DNA of 64,000 nt from the human T2T-CHM13v2.0 reference genome, Homo sapiens. Location of the stretch: the NCBI RefSeq assembly GCF_009914755.1, contig NC_060934.1. The stretch is one strand, 5' to 3'. Below are positions 55,041 through 64,000 of the stretch, in pieces. A program made the translations under genes and the position numbers. Under the pieces are notes generated by a model. It made no database searches. It had not been told where the DNA came from and saw only the letters and a list, made by a program, of their open reading frames with translations. Position 1 is the stretch's first letter. Every line of letters begins with the position of its first letter.

Positions 55041-58000
55041 AGTGGGTGTACACCCACCTGTGATATTGCTCCTAATGTTCAGGGAGGGAGAGAGCATGAT
55101 ATTACGTTTAATATCGCAGTAGCTGTACACCCACCCGGTGATATTGATCCGAATATCATCTCCAGGGGGTGGCGTATGAAGTTACTCCCAAGATAGCACT
55201 GGGTGTGCATCCACCCGGTGATATTCCTCCTAATATTCACGGAAGAAGAGAATGCTATTACTCCCAGTATCGCAGGAAGTGCACAACCCTTCTGTGACAT
55301 CGTTCCTAATATCCAGAGGGGGAGAGGGTGATATTACTCGCAATATCGCAGGCTGTGTACACCCACCCTCTGATATTCTTCCTAGCAGCCAGGAAGGGAG
55401 AGGACGATATGACTCCCCATACAGCAGGAGGTGTACACCCATCCTGGGATATTCTTCCTAATATCCATGGAGAGGAGAGGCTGATATGACTCCCAATATC
55501 GCAGGGGGTGTACATCCAGTCTGTGCTATTGTTCTTAATATTCAAAGGTGGAGAGGTTGATATTACTCCCAATATCACAGAAAGTGTACAAACCCGTGTA
55601 CTATTGCTGCTATTATCCAGAAGAAGAGAAGATGATACCACGCCCCCATCGCAGGAGGTGTACACCCACTCTGTGATATTTTTTGTAATGTGCAGGGCGG
55701 GGGAGGATAATATTCTTCTTAATAGCGCAGGGTGTGTATATCCCCCCAGTGATACGGTCCTTAATATTCCAAGGGGGAGAGGTTGACCCTCCTCCCAATA
55801 GCACAGAAAGCGTGCACCACCCCAGGGATATTGTTCCCATGATCCAGGAGAGAAGAGGATGATGTTACTTTCAATATCGCATGGGGTGGACATGCCCCCA
55901 GTGATATTGTTCCTAATGTCAACGTGGGAGAGGATGATACTACACCCAATGCTGCTGGGGGTATAAACACTCCCGAGATATTGTTCTTAATATCCAGGGG
56001 CAAGAGGATGCTATTACGGCAAAGAGTGCAGAGGATGTACACCCGTGTATGATATAGTTGGTAATTTCCAGAGGCGGAAAAGATATTATTGACAATACCG
56101 TCAACACGCTGTGTGACCACGGTGGATCGTCATATCCAGGCGGGGAGAGGGGGGTGCTATTACTCCCCGCATCGTGGGGGGAGCCCACCCCCCTGCGATG
56201 TGGATCGTAATATCCAGGGTGGGAGAGGGGGGTGATATTACTCCCCGATTTTTCCGAGGAGATTTCGTCTACTACCACCCTTGGTTGACATCCTGGGACA
56301 TTATTTTCCATTTTCTAGCAACATGCCGCTACTGAAGTCACCGGGGTATACACCCTGCGATATTATTCGTAATATTGTAGGGGAATGTTAATCATGTTGT
56401 CACAGGACTCTACACACTGAGATGTTATTCACAGTATCCTAGCGGGACATTAAGAAGAATGTCACAATGTGTGTACACCTTGTGGTCTTATTCTTCTTCT
56501 CCTAAGGGGAGGTTACTTTTATTGTCACACGGGGAAGTTTCCCTTTGATATTATTCATAATATCCTAGAGGGATGTCACCTCTTATGTCACAGGGTTTGT
56601 ACACCTTGTCAAATTACTCGTATGATCCTTGTAAGATGTCACTCCTCTTATCACAGAGGGTGTACACTCTGTGATATTATCGTCCTATTCTAGGGAAATG
56701 TGACTTTTAATGTCACAGAGGTTGTACACCTTGTGAAATTATTCGTTATAATTTTGTGGGATGTTACCCCTGATGTCACACGGGGTGGACACACAGTGAT
56801 GGTATGTGCAATATTCTATAGAAATGTTACTCGTAATTCACAGGTCCTGTACACGCTTCAATATTCTTCATAATATTCCAGGAAAACATTACTGCTAATG
56901 TCACAGGGCGTGTAGACCCTGTCATGAAATTCCTAATATCCTAGCGGGAGTTCACTACTCATTTCACAATGCGTGTACACCCTTTGATATTATTCGTATT
57001 GTCTTGAAGAGATGTTACTACTGATGTCCCAATGCAGGTACATTCTCTGACATTATTCGTTATTTCCTCGGGGGATGTTACTTCTAATGTCACACGGGGT
57101 GTACACAGAGTCACACAGTGATAGGAGTTGTAATATTCTAGAGATATGTTACTCATAAATCACTGGGGCCGTACATCCTGGGATGTTATTCGTAATATTC
57201 TAGGGAAATGTTGCTACTATGGTCACGGGGGTATACACCCTGTGATATGACTCGTCATATCCTGGCGGGATGTTACTACTAATGTCACAATGCCTGTACA
57301 CCCTGTGATATTATTTGTAATATCCTAAAGGGACGTTACTAGTAAGGTCACAATGCATGTACACCCTCTGATATGATCGGTTATATCCTTGGGGGTGTTA
57401 CTCCTAATGTCATATGGGATGTACTCCATCATATTAGTCGTAATATCCAAGGGAGATGTTATTTTTAATGTCACCGGGAGTGTATGTCATACGTATTCAA
57501 TGCTTGTGATACTATTCCTAATATCCTAGGGGCATGATCTCCCTAATGTCACACGGGGTGAGGCGGTGTACATCGTGTGTGTACACCACCTGTGATATTA
57601 TTCATAATAGCCTAGGAGGATGTTTGTTTGAATGTCACAAAGAGTGTACAAAATGTCACAGAAGGTGTACACCTTGTGACGTGATCTGCAATACCCTAGG
57701 AGGATGTTACTCCTAATATGTCACAGGGGTGTACATGCTTTGTTATTATTTGTAATCCCCTAGAGAGATATTAATTCAAATATCACAGTGGATGTACACA
57801 CATAGTGTATACCCTGTGATAGTATTCATAATATCCTAGGGAGATACAACTCCTGATATCACAGTGCGTGTACCCCGGGTGTGTACACCCTTGATATTAG
57901 TCTTAATATCCAGGGTAAATATTACTCCTCATATCACACAGTGTGCACACCCTGTGATATTTTTCATCATACTTTAGGGAGATATTGCTTCTAATATCAC

Positions 58001-58105
58001 AGTGGGTGTACCCCATGTGTGTATACTCTGTGACAGTATATTTTATATCCTAGGGAGGTATTAATTCTAATATCACAGTGGGTCTTCACCCTGTGATATA
58101 ATTCT
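55041..58105 (+). repeat. SATR-family satellite (75-bp type to ~56250, then 62-bp type), copy 2
   Basis: Same monomers and same subtype junction (tattactccccgatttttcc) as 46916-52482. Confidence 0.9.
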
Positions 58106-58107
58106 TA

Positions 58108-58293
<186 letters not shown>

Positions 58294-58842
58294 TCAAAAC
58301 AAAAAACAAAAAACCAGCATGATTTCAAGAGCAGAAAGAGAAGACCTTAAAAACCAGCATAATGAGAAAGTTAGGAAGTTTCTTACCAAACCATCTGGAA
58401 TTGTGCAAGAAATTCTTGTGAAGTAAAATTTTCATACTGTACTATCAAACACTAGAACTCACTTATTCCATCTTTCTGTATTTCAGGACCCAATTATCCA
58501 CTTGTCTTCATTCCCCATCCCATCCCTTTTCTTCGTAGCGTCTGCTAACCTCCTTTATACTTTCCACCTTACTCAGATTCCTTTTGTATGTAGGTGTATG
58601 ATGGAGTCTCTTTCTGTTGCCCAGGTTGGAGTACACAGGCACAATCCGGGCTCACTGCAAGCTCCGCCTCCTGAGTTCAAGCGCTTCTTGGGCCTCGGCC
58701 CTGCGAATAGCTGAGACTACAGGCAGGCGTCACCAAGCCTGACTAATAGTTTGTTTTTTCCGTAGAGACGGGGTTTCACCATGTTGGCCAAGCGGGTCTC
58801 GAACTCCTGGACTCAAGTGATCCCAGCGACTCAGCCTCCCAG

Positions 58843-59427
58843 AGTTGAGAAGTTGAGAGGGGTCACAGACAAAATGAGAGATTTCCACATTCTTGATGAT
58901 GGTGAATTGTCACACAATCCAACCGTGCAGCTGGGAATCCAACAGGCTAAGGAAAAAGGACACCAAAACGAAGAAGACACAGAGGTGAGGATTCATGATG
59001 ACTGGGTAGTGCAGAGGGAGACAGATGGCTACAAAGCCGTCATAGGCCATCACAGTCAGGAGCATGCATTCTATACATGCAAAAAAGGACCAAGAAAGAC
59101 ATCTGTGTCAGGCAGCCCGCATGAGAGATGACTCTGCTATGCGACTGCATGTCCACAGTCACCTTGGGAACCGTGGCCGAAGTGAACCCGATGTCAGCCC
59201 AGCACAGGTTGGAGAGGAAGAAGTACATGGGGGTATGGAGGGGGGAGTCAGAGCTGACAGCCAGGATGCTGAGCAGGTTCCTCAGAACCATGACCAGATA
59301 CAAGGACAGGGACAGGGACAGGGACAGCAAAGCGAGGACAGGCTGCAGTTCTGGATCCTCTGAGAGTCCCAGGAGGAGGAATTCTCAGACACCTGTGAGA
59401 TTCCGTGGCTCTGTGTGTCTTGGACAC
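58843..59427 (-). pseudogene. OR7E-subfamily olfactory receptor pseudogene, 5' half only (possibly OR7E110P; symbol not certain)
   Basis: [67 protein letters not shown] motifs; stops at 59385-59387 and 58910-58912, +1 frameshift in the A6 run 59081-59086, (CTGTCC)n expansion; ends abruptly in an Alu. Confidence 0.92.
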
Positions 59428-60284
59428 CTTGAGAAGGAAAGAGGATTGGAAAATAAAAGGTAAAAACCAGCCCTTAATGTTGGATGCAAGCAATTCACAA
59501 GGAACATCTTTACACTTGCAGACCATACACCACCAGCAATGTTTCTCAGTTGTGACAATTCCAAAAATCTCAGAATTTTTACGTGATTTACTTTTTAGCT
59601 ATACGAGGCTTTCTGTACATACTACTTTAGAGAAAATCCACTGAAGAATATCAGAAGACCAAAACGTCGTATATAACAAATCCGTGATCTCCGTAAAATA
59701 CGGCCTACTCTTTTCAGAAAAAACACAATGCAATGAAAATATCCTTCTCTCTTTCAGAAAAAGATCTCAGTCTAATTGAAAGAAATTAAGAAGCCGTGAA
59801 ATACACTCTACTTTATTCTGACACCGTGCTACAACTTCCATTGATGTAGAATATGTAAAAGGACGACACGAGAGCTACGACCCCATTATCTGAAAACGAA
59901 ATCGAACCTTATAGTTCTCAATGGGAACACCTTTTCACATACCTGTTACTTTTCATATTTATTATCATCCTTCGGTTTTCTGACATCACTTCTTCATAAA
60001 AGTACATGCACACTTAAAAATGGGAGCTGTGTTTCCAAATGAATTGAATCTCTAACTCTTGGCCCAGCACCATGGCTCACAACTGTAATCCCAGCACTTT
60101 GGGTGGCCGAGTCTGATGGATCACCTGAGATCACGAGTTCCAGACCAGCCTGGCCAACGTGGTGAAACCCCGTTTCGAGTGAAAATAAAAAAAATTTAGC
60201 CAGGCGTGGTGGCGGGTAACCCCAGCTACTCGGGAGGCTGAAGCAGGAGAATCCCTTAGAACATGGAAGGCAGAGATTGGACAA

Positions 60285-62788
60285 CATGTGATAGGATTTT
60301 TGATATCCTAGGGAGATATTGCTCCTGACAGTAGAGTGGGCGTACACCCTGTGATATTATTTGTAATATCCTAGAAAGATATTGCTCCTAATATCACGGT
60401 GGCTCTACACCCTGTGATATTAATTGTAATATCCTACAGAGATATTACTCCTAATAATACAGTGGACGTACAACCTGTGATATTATTCATAATATATTAC
60501 AGAGATACGACTCCTGATATCACAGTGAGTGTACACCATGTTTGTACACCCTGTGATCTTATTTGTAACAACTTTGAAAAATATTACAGCTAATATCAAA
60601 GTGGGTGTACACCCTGCGATGTTATTTGTTATCTACTAGGTAGATATTACTCCTAATATCACAGTGAGTGTACACCATGTGTGTACAGACTGTGAAATTA
60701 TTTGTAATACCCTAGGAAGATATTACTCCTCATATCACAGTGGGTGTACACTGTGAGTGATTTTTTTTCTATTATCCAGCGGGGGAGAGGATGATATTGC
60801 TTCCCATATCACAGAAGGTGTACACCCCCCTGTGATATTGTTCCTAATATCCAGGGAAGGAGAGGATGACATTATTCGTAATATCACTGGGGGTGTACCA
60901 CCTCCCGCCGGGATATTGTTCTTAATATCCGGAGGTGGAGAGAATGATGTTACTCCCAATATAACAGGGGGTGTACACCACCCCTGTTTGTAAACGCCCC
61001 CTGTGATATTGTTCCAAATGGCCTGTGAAAGAGTAAACATGACTCCCATTATCGCGGGGGGTGTTCAGCCCTGATGATATTGTTTTCTAACATCCAGGGA
61101 AGGAGAGTATGTTATTACTCTCAATATCACAGGGGTTGTACAACCTTTTGTGTTTTTGTGCCCAATATCCGGGAAAATAGAGGATGATATTACTCCCAAT
61201 ATCGAAGTAATTGTACAGTACCCCTGTGATATTCTTCCTAATATCCAGAAAGGAAAAGAATGATGTTACTCCCAACAGCGTAGGAAACGTATACCCGCGC
61301 TGTGCTATCTTTCCCAGTATCCAGGTGGGGAGAGGATCATATTACTTCCAATGTCGCAGGGTGTGTACACCCCCTCTGTGATCTCGTTGCTAACATCCAG
61401 GTTTGGGGAGGATGACATTACTGCCAATATCGCAGGGGAAGCACACTCCCCCGTGACCTTGTTAGTCATTTCCTGGGTGGAGAGGATGATCTTACTCCCA
61501 ATATCGCAGGGGGTGTACACACCCTTGTGAAAATCTTCCTATATTCAGAGGGAGAGAGGATGATATTACTCCCAGTACCGCAGGGGGTTTCCACAGCTCT
61601 GTGATACTCTTCCTAATATCCACAGGGAGAGAGGATGATATGACTCCCAATATCGCAGGGGGTGTACGCAACTCTGTGATATTGTTCCTAACATCCAGAG
61701 TGAAAGAGGATGATATGACTCTCAATATCGCAGAGGGTGTACACCCCTCCTGTAATATTGTTCTGAATACCCTGGGAGGGAGGGGATAAGGTTACGTTGA
61801 ATAACGCAGGGAATGTACACACTCCCCCTCTGATACCCTTCCTAATGTCCAGGGGAAGAGAGGAAAACTTCACTCCCAATATCACAGAGGCAGTACACCC
61901 CACCTGTGATGTTGTTCCCAATATGCAAGGGGGGACAGGATGATACTACTCTCAATATCACAGGGCTGTTCACATCCCCAGTGACATTTTTTCCTAATAT
62001 CTAGGGGACAGACAATTCTATGACCGCAAAGGTTGCAGAGTCTGTACATCCCTTCCTGATATTGTTCCTAATATCCAGGGGGGAAGAGGATGATATCAAA
62101 TATGAAAGGGGGTGTACATCCCCCACCCCTACGATGTTGTTCTTAATAATCATGAGGGGAGACGATGATATTACTCCAAATATCGCAGGGATTGTTCACA
62201 ACCCCCTGTGATATTGTTTCTGATATCCAGGGGGGGGGAGAAAATCATATTACTGCCAATATTGTAGGTGGTGTATACCCCACCTGAAATATGGCACCGA
62301 ATATCCAAAGAGGGAGAGGATGGTATTCATACCAATATCGAAGTGTGTGTACACGCCCCTTGTGATATGGTTTTTAATATCCAGTGGGCGGGAGGATGAT
62401 ATTAGTCCCAACATCCCAGAGGCTGTACACTACCCCTGTGATATTGTCCCTAACTTCCAGAGGGGAGAGGGTGGTATCACTCCCAGTATCTCAGAAGTTG
62501 TACATCCCCCGTGATATTGTTCGTCATATCCAGGCAGGCGCAGGATGACATTCCATTGAATTTCGCGACAGGCGTACACGCACAGTGTGATATTGTTCCT
62601 AATATCCAAGAAGGGAGAGGATGATATTACTCCCAATAAAGCAGTGGGTGTACATCACCCCTGTGTTATTGTCTCTAATGTCCGGGGCCGGGGGAGGGGG
62701 GCAGAGGATAATATTCCCTCAAATTTAGCAGGTGGTTTGACGCCCCTTGTGGTGTTGTTTTACATATCCAGCGGGAAAGACAATAGTA
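60285..62788 (+). repeat. SATR-family satellite (62-bp type to ~60765, then 75-bp type)
   Basis: Same monomers; period 74-75 measured at 61501/61575/61650. Confidence 0.9.
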
Positions 62789-62789
62789 C

Positions 62790-64000
62790 TGTTTTTGAAA
62801 GTCCGATTCATCCGCTCCACCTTTCCGGAACTCTGAGGCCGGTAGGCGGCATGCAGTTTCCATGTGATCCCCAATACCTTTGCCGTCTTCTGTACCAAGG
62901 CAGCCAAAAACACAGGCCCGTTGTCTGAGCCGATCCGTAAGGGCGGTCGAAATCTAGGAATCACATCTCGAAGAAGCACAGGGGTTACTTCATGAGCTTT
63001 CTCAGTTCATGTTGGATAGGCCTCCACCCACCCAGAGCAGGTACGCCCAAGAACTAGTACATACTTGTTACCTCCACACTTGGGCGTCTCTGTGAAGTCC
63101 ACCTGGAGACCTTCAAAGGGGGCTGCTCCATAAGCTCGTATGCCGGGCGGAACGGCTGCACCTTGCCCCGCATCATGCTGTCGGCAGGTAACACACCGCT
63201 GCCTCACAGTTTTGGCAAGGGCTGACAAAGGCGAGATGTAGAAATACCGGCCTAACAACTTTTCCAGTGACTCCTGACCTCGATGGGTGGTTTCTTGCAC
63301 AGCCAGTACAACTGCAGCTCCTAGCAGCTGTGGCACAGCTTCTCTCCCATGTGGTAACCGAATCCATCCTTCCTCCATCACTTGTCCTTCCCTCTACCTG
63401 GAGACAGTCCTTTTCTTCTTTAGAAGAAGCAGGTCCAAGATCAGGTGCTTGAGGGAGCACTGATGCCCAGAAGGGGGCAGATGCTGCTTTTCGAGCCTCT
63501 GAGTCAGCGCCGGAATTCCCCAAACCCAGCAAGGTGGAAGCTCGCTGGTGTCCTCTGCAATGCTTAACTGCCACCTTGTGGGGTCTCCATACTGCTTCTA
63601 ATCATTGGAAGATTTCTTGTTGATATTTTCTGTCTTTTCCCCCAGAGTTCAATAGGCCCTTTTCTTTCTATCACGCTACATGCACTTGAAGGGTTAAAAA
63701 GACATACCGAGAATCAGTGTAAATGTTGACAGTCTCACCCTCACTGAGTTCTAAGGCCCGAATGAAAGCAATGAGTTCAGCTTTCTGGGCTGAAGTGGCC
63801 TGGGGCAATGATCTGGCTTCAACAACAGTGCCCAGGGTTATCACTGCATACCCTGCACCTCTCTCTCCTTGGGGGTTGAAGAAGCTGCTCCCATCCACAT
63901 ATCGTTCCCAGTCTACTGATGCCCAAGGCTGGTCCCGGAAGTCAGGTCTGCTAGAGTCAATTGAGTCCAACACTTCTACACAATCAGGCTCGACAGGGCT
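62790..64000 (-). mobile_element. HERV-E-like pol: connection/RNase H and integrase N-terminal and core, defective, continuing beyond window
   Basis: YVDGSSF, SAQKAELIA, VNIYTDSRY, HCRGHQR (RNase H); THRG..CVTC, LQVDFTE, SGWVEAYP, IGSDNGP, AYRPQSSGKVERMNRT (integrase); split over several frames and stops. Confidence 0.9.

Overview
Primate (apparently human, chr10p13-like) genomic DNA in two parts. Positions 1-45.9 kb are very Alu-dense and hold two divergent genes. DCLRE1C (Artemis) lies on the minus strand: coding exons 1-9 plus part of exon 10, all with GT-AG boundaries and an intact frame. MEIG1 lies on the plus strand: CpG-island first exon plus two coding exons, 88 aa. Positions 45.9-64 kb are a segmental-duplication block of LTR-less HERV-E-like gag/pro/pol fragments, AT-rich spacers, two related palindrome-rich satellites (SATR1/SATR2 family) and a truncated OR7E pseudogene. 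Most ORF-track entries are Alu or satellite artefacts. I found no convincing new protein-coding system. The most informative signals are structural: (1) a 120-bp, ~91%-identical copy of DCLRE1C intron 9 sits exactly at the edge of the HERV/satellite block, behind an apparently chimeric AluY; (2) the retroviral fragments are duplicated and permuted; (3) the satellite monomers are built from two palindromes; (4) there are several templated-insertion scars, candidate poison exons and an overlapping uORF in DCLRE1C. Repeat family names are from recognition, not a RepeatMasker run.
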